Positions 44,306 to 57,840 are shown, counted from the first letter of the stretch. The stretch: DNA of 64,000 nucleotides from Entomortierella parvispora E1425 (GCA_020891255.1 BQFW01000001.1:2666001-2730000), one strand, 5' to 3'. Made by a program: numbers and translations. The notes: generated from the sequence alone by a model not told the origin.

Positions 44306-46168
44306 TTACTTTCCCCAAGCAGTCTGGTTGCGATAAAGATCGCAGTGGTGAGGGTGCTGGAGGCAGTACTTGGGGACCAAAGGATGGGCGTTGTGGCCAC
44401 GGGCGACCATGCGCTCACGGTAATCAAAGATACGAGCAGACAATTCAGTGGTGCGCTTGTAACCTTCAGCATTCCGGTTTCCAGACCAAAGCAACTCGGA
44501 CAAGGCAGCAGCACGGGGCCAGACCTTGGACTCGATAACGGTAGCATCGGACTGCTCAGACCACATGGCGACCTCACCTCCGAGAACGTGCTTGGCCTCG
44601 TCATCAGTCAAGCCCTTGGTGAAGTCGTAGGCGTAGATGCGCTGCCAAGTCTTGTAAGGATCGCACCAGGAAGCACCGTGTCCGAGGTAGTTGTTCGAAG
44701 CAGGGTAGTAGTCGCTGGGGTTGTTGTCGAAAGCATCTTTGATAGCCTGGGGCAAGACTGGAGGCTCGTTGACGTTGTAACGGATATCGTTAGGAACCCA
44801 TCCACCATTGCCGCAATCCAAGTAGAAGAAGTCGGCAGAGGAGACAATGATGTCGTAACCGGCCTTGGCAAGCTTCTGGATATGGTCTGTACCAGCGTTC
44901 CAGGATTGCATGATGATATCCTTGGGGACTTCCTTGGCAGGCATCTCGGGGGAGAGGACAATATCCTCCCACATCATCAAGCGACGCTCGGGCTTGTCCT
45001 TGAAGATAGGCAAGGCCTTGTCCAAGTAGTACTGAGCAAAGTCAGCGTAGGTCGAGCCGGGACGCTGCTTGAACCAATCCATGGCGGAGGTGGAGTAGTT
45101 GAAGCAGTATGTCTGGAGCTCATCGGAACCGACGTGGAAGACGTTGTCCTTGAACAAAGAGGCGGCCTCGGAGTAGATGTCCTTGATCAACTTGTAGGTG
45201 CCATCGTACGAGATGTCGAGCTGGCCGGGGTTAGGCTCAACGGCAGTGTGATGGGTCCAGCCGTCGTTATCCCACCAAGAGTCAGTGCAAGTGACCGACT
45301 TCTTGTCAATCTGCTGCCAGCCGGAGGCAGAGTGGCCGGGCATATCGATCTCGGGCATGACACGGACACCACGGTCACGGCCGTACTTGATGACGGCAGC
45401 GATATCGCGCTGGGTATAGATCTCACGGGGGGAGTAAGCATCCTTAGTCATCTGGGGGTACTTCTTGATCTCGAGTGGCCACGACTGCGAGTCGGTGATG
45501 TGCCAGTGGAAGACGTTCAACTTGGCCCAGGCAAGAGCATCGATCTGCTTGAAGAGGGACTTGAGAGGGTAGAAGTTACGGGCGGTATCGTAGAGGACAC
45601 CACGATGGGTGTACTTGGGGGCATCCTCAATGTGGACTGGCTGCTCGATCTGGAGACCGCTCTTGCCGTCATCGATGACGACTTGGGTCAAGGTGTTAAG
45701 AGCGTGCAAAGCACCCCAGACGGTCTTGGCCTTGATGGAACCCTGACCAGCAGCGGTAATGTCAAGAGTGTAGGATTCATCGACACCCATCTGGAGATCG
45801 GCCGTGAGATCGGAGACGTCGACGGTGATGGTGCGGATGACCTTGTTGCCACCGTTGTCGTGGGCAACATCTTGCTTCTCGTCATCGGCGCGCTTTTCGA
45901 GAATGGGGAAGGGAGGGAACTCGCCAGCAGGCTGCTCCCAGGTCTGGGGAATCCAACGCTCCTCCTTGATCAAAGCGGCAGTGCGGGCGTAGGCCTTGGT
46001 AAGGACGTCGTGCTTGGGACCGACAATCTTGAAGTTGTTGGCAAGCTGGATGGGACCGGAGGAGGCCCACTCGATAGTAACGGGGGCGGGCAAGGGGTTA
46101 GACCTAACGGCTTCGGAAGTGACGGCCACGGCCAAGAGACCGATGGCGGCGGCAATAGAGATTTTCAT
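44306..46168 (-). CDS. Secreted GH20 beta-N-acetylhexosaminidase, intronless (620 aa)
   Basis: Signal peptide, propeptide ending EKR, HRGVLYDTARNF, HWHITDSQSWP, PEIDMPGH, catalytic HVGSDE and VWPRAAA. Confidence 0.95.
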   Translation of the reverse strand: MKISIAAAIGLLAVAVTSEAVRSNPLPAPVTIEWASSGPIQLANNFKIVGPKHDVLTKAYARTAALIKEERWIPQTWEQPAGEFPPFPILEKRADDEKQDVAHDNGGNKVIRTITVDVSDLTADLQMGVDESYTLDITAAGQGSIKAKTVWGALHALNTLTQVVIDDGKSGLQIEQPVHIEDAPKYTHRGVLYDTARNFYPLKSLFKQIDALAWAKLNVFHWHITDSQSWPLEIKKYPQMTKDAYSPREIYTQRDIAAVIKYGRDRGVRVMPEIDMPGHSASGWQQIDKKSVTCTDSWWDNDGWTHHTAVEPNPGQLDISYDGTYKLIKDIYSEAASLFKDNVFHVGSDELQTYCFNYSTSAMDWFKQRPGSTYADFAQYYLDKALPIFKDKPERRLMMWEDIVLSPEMPAKEVPKDIIMQSWNAGTDHIQKLAKAGYDIIVSSADFFYLDCGNGGWVPNDIRYNVNEPPVLPQAIKDAFDNNPSDYYPASNNYLGHGASWCDPYKTWQRIYAYDFTKGLTDDEAKHVLGGEVAMWSEQSDATVIESKVWPRAAALSELLWSGNRNAEGYKRTTELSARIFDYRERMVARGHNAHPLVPKYCLQHPHHCDLYRNQTAWGK

Positions 46169-49100
46169 GGGACAGAGAGGGAAGAGTGGATGGTAAGTGT
46201 GAGGGGGAAGAGATGGTTGGTTGAGGACAAGGGAACAAAACGAAGCGAGGGCAGGGACTCCTTTTATAGTCTGGTCGGCAGCCAGGATCCCCATTCAGGG
46301 ATGATGCGACTCTGCGCACCCTCGGACACATCACATCTTTTGGGCATTCAGTCGAACAGCCATGTCAAACAGAGTTTGGCGATGTGCAGACGATGGAATC
46401 GTTCGAATGGAACCAAACTGAACTGAACCGACGCACTCACTCCCCACTAGACCGCAACACCCCTTCCTCCACGCGTACAGTATCGTACTGTCGTACTCTT
46501 TACCCAGTTGACCACCCTCACCGTCGCTCCCAGATCCGAGAGAAGATCAGGGCAGCAAGGGAGGAATGAGGATCTGTTCTGTTCCTTTTGATTTTTTTTA
46601 TTTTTTTTATTTTATTTTTTATTTTTTTCTTTCAATGTGTATTCTCGTCATTCCGGGGTGGATTGAGGATCCGCTATCAGATCGATGGAGACCCAAGGTC
46701 CATCCACGTTAGAATCTGAGATGCACCCCCGCCGTCCCTGGCTCATCCCGCCAAGGGACGACAATAAAGAAGAATGTGGAGTTGTAGAGTCGAAGTGCCC
46801 ACAGGGAAAAGGTTTCTGTTCCGTGTGTCCATGTCTCAGATTAGATGGGGTTGGCCCTTGTCATTGGGCCGAGATTCGCTGCTTCCTCCCTGGCTCCACT
46901 GTTCTTTCCATTCAAACCAGACTTTATTGTGCTCACCCTCAACCTCGCCCTCGCCCTGCCCCCCTCCTTTTCACCATCGTGACCAAGCTCCAGCAGGGAC
47001 ACTGAACCTGCATCGTACTCTTGTCGTCGTAGACGCAAGTCCTACAACACAAAGGCGCTCTGCAGTTGGATCACAATACACTGATTGCATTGTCCAGAAG
47101 GTAGAGAATTCATGCTTGCTACGATCAAACCCCCGTATCCTCAACTGAAGGCGCTCATCTCACTCCTCCGTGGAAATTCGAATTACACTCTTCCGCCGAG
47201 AAAAAAAAAAATCCCACGGCTACATTCATCAAAAGCAACGAATCTCCGCCTCCGCTGGTCACCCATTCTAAACGGGAGCTACCCGAGGAAGACAAGGACT
47301 CAAACGAAACGCGAACAGGCCAATTCCAGGCGCCACACCGGGTACATGAAGACTTTAAGCTCTGAGACAATGCAAATAAACCTCCCACACTGTGGTCCTC
47401 TCCATCACTCATACATTGTCGTCACTTGTATCTTCGAGCCTCATCTTCAAAACTTTCGTTGCAACTCCTCAACAGGGGGGTTATGAGGAGTACTCCAACT
47501 TTCATGGACTCACTTCCCGTTAATGAAGGGGTGGTCAATTGTAACGAGGGCAATTGAACAAAGTACCAGAAGTTTGACTAGAATGATCCTTGGAAGGAAG
47601 CGCGCCAAGATCATTATCCGTCGTTGCACAAGAGTCCAAGTTCAACGGAACTGCACTAAAGGGGGCAACTGGCTGTTGGGTGTTGAGTATATTCTTAGCT
47701 GAACGACACTGCTACAACATTCCTGGAAGAAAGAATAGCTAAAGGGAGGGCTGACATGCTGATCGTTGTTGGGATGAACAAGCGCAAGTTGAGATATTCT
47801 CGGTAGAGGAACTGAAAAATTACACTTTTGTGCGACGTGAGATCCCATGCAAGATATCCTATCTGCGGATGGCGTACTGTAGAGTTAGATGGTCTACCTC
47901 GAATGACTGTCGAGCGGATAAATAAAGGGTTACCTGAGGAAAGGGTTTGCTCACCAACACAATTGACATGCAGTGCCGTAACTGTACTTTATTCTCTCCA
48001 CGAAACAAAAACACTTCCAGCATGCGGCAGCCTACTTTGTCTTTTTCACGAGGAAAAAAAATGAATCTTTTGTTTCAAAAATCTCGGGACAAGAGGAATT
48101 GACTTGGGGATGTGCAGCTAGGTCGATAGGCAGAACCATTGAGGAGACAAATTCGCTTGTGATGGTGAGGGAACACGAACCTGAGACTCCTCTCTATGTG
48201 ACGAACGAAAACTTTGATTCAACCCAGGATGTTCAATCTTGCCAGAGAGAGACCTTGGACTGAACTGTACGCGTTTCGTTTCAGACGTGAGAACCTTCCT
48301 GCCTTCGAGCTTTTTAGTGATATCTCTGTGGAGAATGAGTAATTGCTAGCGGGTGAGTCCGTGTGAGAGGGAGCAATTCGTGACTCCGATCATGTACATG
48401 TAGGTTGCAGGGATCTGACCGATGTCGGACTTGGTCCCACATTATCGCAGCTAAGGGCTTTGACAACAAGAACAGAAGCGATAGGAACTTGGAGCAGTTC
48501 GCAGCAACAGACAAAGAACCCTGTTGTACAGCGAGAAGCGCCATTTGAATTGGTCTGCTTTGACTGTCTCTCATGTTCAATTGTATGAGTAGAAAGAATA
48601 AGAGTGACTCCTTTCCCCCCTACCATCCAGGAAGCTGACAATACGCCGCAATTGCTACTTTAGGGATATAATCGATTGTAATTGGAATGAGCGCGTAGGT
48701 CGGCCGAAACACGTTCTAGCTTGTACCTTCATTAGAACAGGACATCATCTCATGTCTGTCCACCAATGGCTAACTGGATGTCTGTCCAGAAAGCTGTCTA
48801 GAGGGGCTCAACCGACACTCTCCGAGATGGGCCGTGACGAGCGCGTCTGAAAATAAGTGGGGATCATTTGAGCCACGCGAGCTATTTTTTTTTTTTTTTT
48901 TTTTTTTTGCTTGCCTTTCATCTCGGTCCAGAGGTGTCTTTGAAGGACCCGAGTTGTTCTCGGGTCCACCAAGCGACAGCAAGATTTCAAACAACTCTTT
49001 GCGGGTGCTTTGACAGCTTTTTGAAATTGCCAACTGGAAAGTTGAGCGTTGATTTGTTTGTATCCCAACGTTTTCCCTCCACAACCCATGAGCTGGGGAA

Positions 49101-49426
49101 TGTGGAGCACGCACGGGCATCACCCTGAGCCGAGCATGGAGCTCTACATTTCGCCCGTTAACGCCGTTTTGCTCGGCTTGTGGTCTTGACGTTCATTTCC
49201 TTGACTTGACAGCAGAAATAAACAATGGCCAGCTTCCTTGATCAAAGTCGTTGTGGGCGACCGAGCGCCCTGAAAATTTGAATAGCAAACAACCTAAACC
49301 GCCTTGGTATAAATACCACGTGAATGGCATCGAAAAAAAAACTCGCCATCTCCTACTCATCCTCTTCACCAAGCAACCCTACTGCCAAGCAATCCCCCTT
49401 CCCCCCTGAAGTCTAGGCGATCAACG

Positions 49427-50687
49427 ATGCACTTTTCCAAGACTGTTTTGTCCGTTGCGGCTGTCACCTTGACATCCATCTTCTCGACTCTGATCCAAGG
49501 ATCCCCTATACCAACCCGAGATGAGGCCGCCTTGACCCCAACCCTCGCCAAACGAAGTTCGTCTGGGTTCAATGACTGGAACTGCAAGCCCACTGCCCAG
49601 CGTCCCCTGCCAGTGGTTCTCGTCCACGGGTTGACCGGCAATGCTATCACGAATTGGTTCTACATGGCACCTCGATTCGTTGCTGAAGGCTACTGTGTGT
49701 TCGCTTTGTCCTATGGCCAGTTGAACAATGTCCCTATTATCTACGGACTGGACAAGATGGAGAACAGTGCTCAGCAGCTGTCCGACTTTGTTGACAAAGT
49801 CTTGGCCTCGACCGGCACTTCCAAGGTCAACATCTTTGGCCTTTCTGAGGGAAGTTTGATGCCTAGACATTATTTGCGTTTCCTTGGAGGAGCTGCTAAA
49901 GTTAGTAAGTCATTAGGAAATTATACTCCAATGGCACGCGTTCTTCTGTGAACTTTTTGAGAAGCTAAGCTCCGATTCTTCACGGTGACGTTCCTAGACA
50001 AGTTTGCTGGGGCTTCGTCCATTCAGTATGGCACCGATCTTCTTGGGCTCGTGAACATCCTGGAACCTTTGGGATTGTACGATCCAATCGCCGCGGTAAG
50101 GAGAAAGAAAAAGACTTGCCTTTGATCGAGCAATTGGGCGGCGTCTGAGATCTTCTCAATGGTATTTTCCCCTCTAGGTTATCAGTCCTTTCTGTCTCTC
50201 CTGCACGCAGCTCATCAGAAACAGCACATTCCTCCAGAAATTGAATGCCGGTGGTGACACTGTCCCAGGTGTAGACTATCTGATGATTGCATCCAAGTAA
50301 GAAAAGCATTTTCCACCTTGATCCGTACTATTTTTTTTTCTTGATTCATTTTTTGATGCTTAATATTTCTCATTTTCTGTTCCTCATCAGATACGATGAG
50401 ATTGTCACTCCATACACTTCGGGGTTCCTCAAGGACAAGAACCCTTTGGTCCACAACCAACTTCTCCAAGACTGGTGCCCCTTCGATGTGTCCGACCACT
50501 TGTTGCAGGGAGTTAATCGTAAAGTGACAGAATGACATGACCTTGCGCATTATCTGTCGGTATCGTGATAATGTACTAACAATAATCCTATCAACTTTTT
50601 GTAGCCATTGTCTTCAACGGTGTCCATGCATTCTTCACGCCTTCGGCTGATCAGAACATCAGTTGCGGCGATTTGCTCCAAAAGTAG
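49427..50687 (+). CDS. Secreted class-2 (EstA-type) lipase/esterase, 5 exons
   Basis: Signal peptide, FNDWNCKPTAQRPLPVVLVHG, nucleophile GLSEG, YDEIVTPY (Asp) and SDHL (His). Exons splice in frame to ...CGDLLQK*. Confidence 0.88.
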
Positions 50688-51059
50688 CCGCTCCCATGCT
50701 CAGGGCTCTTACCATCTTCTGCAGGCAGAAGGAGTCTGGCCTCACCATCTAGACACTATTTTCATATGACTTATGACACGCGATTAGCGAGCACGCTCCC
50801 TCCCTTTCACTCGCCCGAACACGCTCCTTTGTCCTCACTCGCCAGATATTACATGAAAAAAAAAAAAATTGAAAAAAATTGGTGGCGCTGACACACAGAG
50901 AAGTCACAACAGGCAGATCCGTTTCAACGACGAAAATGACGTGCGGGGAGTGGAACTTCCTTAAGAGCTTCTGCGCAATTCGCATCTCTTTTTCTTTTTT
51001 TTCTTCTCTTTCATCTTCATTCCCCTCCACCCCTCTTCACTTACACAACACATTTCATC

Positions 51060-52091
51060 ATGACTGTCAAGGCTGTCTGCGTCTTCCCCAAGAACGACAA
51101 GAACATCACTGGAACCATCTACTTCACCCAGGAGAACGAGGCTGCCCCCGTTCACGTCAAGGCCGAACTCACCGGCTTGACTCCTGGTCAGCACGGTTTC
51201 CACATCCAGTACGTATCTCCTCCTGATCTCTTGGCTCATGTAGCATTGATATCCTTAGTGTCTATCCCTTTCATCTGGATTCCCAAGTTTTTATTTTTCT
51301 CGCAACGTAATGGAGCAGCGCCTTTTTTTGCGGGCCAGAGAATTTTTTTCGTGTTTTTGAGAATCTCCAACCCGATAGGGTTTCCTACTCGCTCCGAGAG
51401 CGTTGGCGTGTGTTCTCGACACCATTGTTCCTTTTGATTCTTTCCCCTTCTTTGCTTCTGAAAAGAGAGCCAACAAAATACTAGAAAAGTACTGATGCCT
51501 GTACTTTCCTGAAGCGTGAGAAATCACAAACGCGCGCATTTTTTTTTACCCCCTTCAGACGTGCGCGTGTCCTTGACCACAGTTAAAGCGGAATGATAAT
51601 CTGTCCGTGTTTTCTGCACTGAGATGGCTGACACCCCAAATTCTTTTTACCCGTCATCTTTTCATCATCATAGCGAGTTCGGTGACAACACCAACGGATG
51701 CATGTCTGCCGGCGGTCACTTCAACCCCCATGGTCAGACCCACGGTGCCCCCGACGCCAAGGTTCGCCACGCTGGTGATCTCGGAAACATCACCGCCAAC
51801 CAGAAGGGTGATGCCTCCCTCGACACCACTGACATCCAGTTGAAGCTCATCGGACCCCACAGCATCATTGGGTAAGACTATCTACATTATTTTGGAACGC
51901 GTTAGACTGCGCAGCTTGGACTCTGAGAACTAATCGCTCTCTTGCCTCCTTCTTTACATTAACTCTATAGACGCACCGTTGTCGTCCACGAGGGTGTTGA
52001 TGATCTCGGACTCGGTGGACATGAGCTCTCCCCCACCACCGGTAACGCTGGCGGCCGTCTCACCTGCGGTGTCATTGGTGTCACCAAGTAA
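51060..52091 (+). CDS. SOD1: Cu/Zn superoxide dismutase, 3 exons
   Basis: [39 protein letters not shown] and [13 protein letters not shown]. Exons 51060-51208, 51674-51871 and 51971-52091. Confidence 0.97.
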
Positions 52092-52517
52092 ATATCTACT
52101 TGGATCCCCATGCCCATTGTTTGTCGACAAAGGGATCATTTCAACCGAGGAGGAAAGCTAGGACAAGAGAGAGAGAGTATATCAGCGCGATGACTCTTTT
52201 TTTTCACCCTACCTCATTTTCGACATTGATCAGTTCTTGGAGTCGACAGCAAGAAACCCAAAAAGACACATCCTGTACATTTTGTAAAAATTCAAAAAAA
52301 AAAAAAACACCTTTCCGCTACTCAATTGCAAAATAAAAACCTGCAGAGTAGCCCAGAAAACCACCTGTTGCCGCTTTTTTGATTGATGACATGGGATGGA
52401 TGGTCGCCCAAAAGAGATAAGAAGAGAACGTTTGTCCTCTTCGCTGCGCAGTTGAAGATCTGCATCTTGAATCGTTGTTATGGCGTTTATTGGTTCTAAC
52501 GGCTGGCTCTTTTTTTT

Positions 52518-53318
52518 TCAGTAGTCATAGTTTTCTTTGACCAAATGTCTGGTGGCCTCATCTTTGTGGGAGGCATAGCAACAGACGTCTCTCATGACAC
52601 CCAACTTGGGGATCAGGATGGAAATCTTCTCCAGCTCTAGCTTCATACCAGCTCTCTCGGCGACCTTACGACTGGGCCAGTTCTCGACATAGCTGACGGC
52701 CCGGACGATATCACAGTTCATGTCCTTGAAGGCAATCTCCTCCACCAGGAACCTTCCGACTCTAGCGGCCAACCCTTTGCCAGTGTGTTCGGGACTCAAC
52801 CAGTAACCAATGTCGGCAATCACCAGAGGCTTTTGAGAGACTGGGTGGACAGGTTGAGGATGTTTGCTATCAAAGTGATCGAAATGAAGATGGGCCCAAC
52901 CGATCAAGGGACCGGTGGGCGATTGACGCATGGCCCAATGTGTGTTGATCCCAGTCGCTTCAATGTGCTCATGGGCCTTTTGGATCTTTTCACGACCTTG
53001 GGATTCGAGAAAGGGGTATCCAAACAAAGCCGAGCCGTTGTAAACGTCCATGTTGATATCTATTTTCCGCAAAGGAACAAACAAGAAAACAAAAAATAGG
53101 AGAGATCTCATGTCAATTGTCTGGTCCGCTGTGGATCCCTGACCTCAGCAGCGAGGGGCAACACACAACATACTGAGTAACCGGACCATCTCTGGGAGAT
53201 CGGAAAATTCAACCGCAGACATGTACAGCTCTGGATCGGCGCAGACTTTGTAAGGACCCATGCACTGGGCAGTCTCCCGAGAGAACCGAGGTGAGGTAGT
53301 CAAAGTTTCTTGGGCCAT
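52518..53318 (-). CDS. GNAT acetyltransferase (RimJ/RimL-like), 2 exons
   Basis: IGYWLSPEHTGKGLA and ENWPSRKVAERAGM motifs; intron 53060-53173. Confidence 0.85.
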
Positions 53319-54136
53319 GATTAGAGCTGGTGTCTGTTTGTATGTGTTTTGAGAGGGGAGAGAGAAAAGACAAGATGAAAGAAGAAGATAACGAGGAGGA
53401 CGACTGTGGAGCGGGGAATTTTTATGTATTTCCAGTGATCGGCTGAAATGGGCGCCGAATGAGGAGTGACCTCCAATGGAATACCCTGGAAGCAACCATG
53501 ACGTTCAACGTAACTGAACTCTTCAATTCGGCCAATGTGAGTCATCACCTGGGAAATGCATCGCTAGTCTCCTAGTCTCCCATCTCGTGTGACATGTAGC
53601 CAACATTTGCACCTCTCAAAAAAAAAAAAGTACATCCCCATTTGGTTTTCAGAAACCATTCTTGTCCATCGTGGGGTTCAGAAACCGCTGGAACCGGGGG
53701 GCTTGCTCGGTGATATTGCATCAATCAAGCCCAAATCCAGTAAGCAATGCCAGCATCAACCAATATTATCAATATGTATTTATTTTCTGTCCTGTGTCCT
53801 GCACTCTGGCCATGAAAGTGGGTGGGAGGGAGCTAAAGGATAACGTGAGGGGTAGTTCTAGGGATTTGAAGCAATTGCTTATCTTGTATTCGAGTCCTGG
53901 GTTGTTCAAAGGTTGCCGATCCAACCCAAAGAACACTGGTTGCCGTCGCTTCTGTAGGCTTGCCTTGTTCCGTTGAGGAGTGTCACTTATACTTGCCTCT
54001 TGAGAATGCACTGACCCTTGATTCCATGGCCTTTTTCTTCTTTAATACCAGTCGCATGCAGACCCGATAAAAAAATAATATGAACTTTTAAGAACTTCCG
54101 TCAGATTCACCTTTCTCCTAGAAGAGAGGGTACTCT

Positions 54137-55183
54137 TCAGTTGGTCTCCTCCAGTCTCCTCTTGCGGTCACCGTGCATGACTGGTCCCGGTCCTGGTGGT
54201 CCATTCGAAGGAGGGGGAGCCGATCCGGTTGCAGCTGGTGGAGGTATACTGCCCATAGGAGGGAAAGGAGGTCTGAATGGAGGGGCACTGCCAGGGGCGC
54301 CACCAAACTGGCCAGGTGGGGGTGGCATGAACGGAGGAACACCAGGTGGAGGGAAAGGAGCGCCTGGTGGGAATCCAAGAGGTGGAGGGAATTGACCTGG
54401 AGGCGGAGGAGGTCCTGCTGGGTGTGGCATTCCTGGAGGAGGTGGGCGCATGAACATGGGTGGAGGGCGAGGAGGAAGTCCATGAAAGCCGGGTGGTGGG
54501 GCATCGCCAGGTCTCAATGGAGGCATGCCAGGAGGCAAGTGTGGAAAACTTGGAGGACGTCCATAGGGATTATATTGGCCTATGTTTGAGAAGAGGGAGC
54601 GAACGGTTAGATCTGTGGTCAAATACAGGCACTGAGTCTTCTTCCAAGACTTGATTCCTACCAGGTCCTGCGTATTGCTGCTGATGGCCCGAGTAATACG
54701 ATGGCACAGCTACGTGATGTAGAGAGAGTCAAAGGTAAGAACCAGGTTACATGATCACCATATTTCAGAGTTGTGTTTTTTTCTATGCGCTGCTGGTTTC
54801 TGAGTCCAGTCCACTGTACCTTGTCCAACTTCTGCATATGCCCTTGCGATAGCATCGACGACAGACTGTGTCGTCTCTGGCTTAAGCTCTATTAGTCCAA
54901 ATGTTGTGTGTCGAGTTAATAACGACCTGAATGTTGATCGATGCATACTGCCACCATGGTATAAACACTACACTTACCTGAGTAGTAGTTTTTGACGTTG
55001 ATCAAATGGTTGCGTCCAGCATTGTGGGCCTTTCTTACAGATGAACTGTCATGAGTAAGAAAGATATCACAGTAGTCTAATAGAAGCAAAGAGCAGAGTT
55101 GTCAGCACCTCCTGGAGAGATCTGTTTACGTGACATGCATAGAGGGGATGTCGAGGGTACTCACCGCAGTAGTACTTTGGCAT
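54137..55183 (-). CDS. SNRPC: U1 snRNP protein C, 5 exons
   Basis: [38 protein letters not shown] zinc finger plus a Pro/Gly/Met-rich tail. Confidence 0.93.
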
Positions 55184-55542
55184 GGTCTAGTCCTAGTGCT
55201 GAGTCTCCTTCGTTCGCGTAGGTGGGTTGGGTTGAATGGGTCGAGTGGCCGAGTCCTGTCCTTGCTGAGTCGATGAATGAGCGGAGGGATCAATGGCAGG
55301 ATGGGACCGCATTTGTGTTTGCCACTGCAGAGGGAAAAGGGAGGGGGACGAATCGGTGGCTTAGATCGTGAAACGGATCTGATGCGCCTTCTCTGTCTTT
55401 GAATGCACACCTAGCCAGCTCTCTCTTCTTGCTCTCTTCACTCGCTCTCTCCTCGCATCCACCGACGCTTTTGACGACACTCGCCCATAACAAGGGACAA
55501 CACACACAGGAGCAAGAGCCAACACCCGTGCATTATAGCAAC

Positions 55543-57658
55543 ATGGACCTGATTCAGCAAGGTTACGGTTCATCCTCGTCAGATGGTGAAGACTCGCGCA
55601 AGCCAGCAAAGATCGCCAAGACCTCAAACTCGGTCCAGGTCAACGTGGCGCCCGATATCAGTCTCGAGGTAGGCCCTCGTCACTATTACATACTCCAAGG
55701 ATAGTGCGCATGGAAGGAAGCAGCATGGCTTACAGAGTACTTCTTCGTTTTTTTAGGACCCAAACTATGCCCGCCATATCTATACCAACCCAACAGACAC
55801 GACACTCACCGTCAATCTCAGCTACGACTCGATGTTGCAGCCAGTTAATGGACCCGCCAACCCTTTTGCGCCTACAGAGATGCAAGTCAGGAAAAACGTT
55901 TGGACTGGACACGTCGAAGAGAACATGTTTTCAGATCATGACTTTAGAACGCAACAACAATCCTATGCTGCCTTTGGGTTTGCTAAGGACCCTAGTATCT
56001 TGACTGTTGCCAACAGCGGACAAAGCGGCGCAGGAATTGATGGAACTGGATTCGTTGGAGATGTCGAGAAAGCAAAGCTTATGGACGGTATGTTTCAGTT
56101 CTCTCAACTGACCAGCAGTGCTGTACCCACAAGAGCTATGAACTCACAGACATGATAATATTTCCTGTATATGTAGGTGCCACGATATGGGATAAGGTAC
56201 CAAAGAACCTTCGCAATAACCAGAACCAGAGAAAGAGACAGACCCGTGGCGATGCTTCAGTACTGGAAGGCGAAAACGCATACAGAGGACCTTGGGCCAC
56301 TTATGTAGGCGAGGGTATCGGAGAGAAGAGCGGGCCCACAGAGGAAGAGCGGGAGAAGCACGAGAAGGACACACAGGTGTATCAGGAAGAAAAGGCAAAG
56401 AAGGAGGAGTCGTCCAAGGGCCCAAAGCCTATCGCTGCAGGATCCGAGACGTCAAAGTTCCATGGCAAGGACGAGTACGATTATATGGGCCGGACCTACA
56501 TGCACGTTCCATTGGACCTCGATGTCAACCTTCGTGGCGAGGCTGGATCACAAGAATGCTTTGTGCCCAAAAGACTGCTGCACACATATACTGGTCATAC
56601 CAAGGGTGTTTCTGCAATCCGACTCTTCCCAAAGTCTGGTCATCTGCTCTTGTCTGGAAGTATGGATTCAAAAGTCAAGGTAAGCAGAATATTTTTAAAT
56701 TCTTGATGAAAACCGTATGCCAGAGAAGTTCGAGAAATTTGTGACTGACAATTCTTTTTGCTTGTTCTTAGCTTTGGGATGTTTATCACGAACGTCGGGT
56801 ACTTCGTACCTTTATGGGCCATTCCAAGGCTGTTCGTGATGTGGCGTTCAACAACGATGGAACCAAATTCATGAGTGCCAGTTACGACCGCAATATGAAG
56901 CTTTGGGATACAGAAACAGGACAGTGTATTTCAACATTTACTACCAAGAAGATCCCCTATGTGGTCAAATTCAACCCAGACGAGGACAAGCAGAATGTGT
57001 TCTTGGCAGGTTGCTCTGACCACAAGATTTACCAGTTCGACATCAACTCTGGAGAGGTCATTCAGGAGTACGACCAGCATTTGGGACCTGTGAACTCGAT
57101 CACCTTTGTTGACGATAACAGGCGGTTTGTGACAACTTCAGACGACAAGTCGCTCAGAGCTTGGGAGTACGATATTCCTGTTGTCATCAAGTATATTGCC
57201 GAGCCCGACATGCATTCCATGCCCGCCGTCGCACTCAGCCCCAACCGTAAGTCGACTTGCTGCTGCAATGACCTGACTATCTGTCAGTACGATGTTCAGA
57301 TTCCTAACCAGCAATCCTGTCTACTTTTCTTCTAGAAAAATGGCTTGCTTGTCAGTCTCTTGATAACCAGATCTTTGTGTATGGCGCCAAGGACCGCTTC
57401 CGTCAGAACCGTAAAAAGTTGTTTTCGGGTCATATGATTGCTGGATACGCTTGCCAGCCCTCATTCTCACCGGATGGACGGTACTTGTCCTCTGGAGATT
57501 CCGACGGCAACTTGTGGATCTGGGACTGGAAGACATGCAAGGTCCACAAGAAGTTCAAGGCTCACAACGAGGTCCTTATCGATTGTGCATGGCACCCACA
57601 CGAGACGTCGTTGGTCGCAACAGCATCCTGGGACTCGACCATCAAACTCTGGAACTAG
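55543..57658 (+). CDS. CDC40: Pre-mRNA processing factor 17 (WD40), multi-exon
   Basis: [69 protein letters not shown] and terminal WD repeats. Confidence 0.95.
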
Positions 57659-57840
57659 ATGTCGAATGTGGCCCAAGGAAAAATGACAACCTCTTGTGGT
57701 GGGCTGTGCGCATGCGTATTATTAAGTTTTGGCAGACATGCAAGACCGCCGAGAAGGGGAATAAAACATTCATGAATATACAAATCTCTTCTTCATTTTT
57801 TTTTTTTTTTTTTTTGGACGGATGTACTTTCTTTGCTTCT

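Noticed and set aside
44345-46426. 693-aa + strand ORF overlapping the hexosaminidase
   Set aside because: Antisense shadow caused by the strong codon bias of the GH20 gene; no recognisable motifs. The same applies to the ORFs at 38675-39877 and 40268-41640 opposite the amidohydrolase.
46170-49420. 3.2-kb gene-free region
   Set aside because: No credible ORF, terminal repeat or tandem structure found; only short ORFs and A/T runs.
51209-51673. Long first intron of SOD1 as an ncRNA or metal-response host
   Set aside because: No box motifs or clear metal-response consensus seen; length alone is weak evidence.
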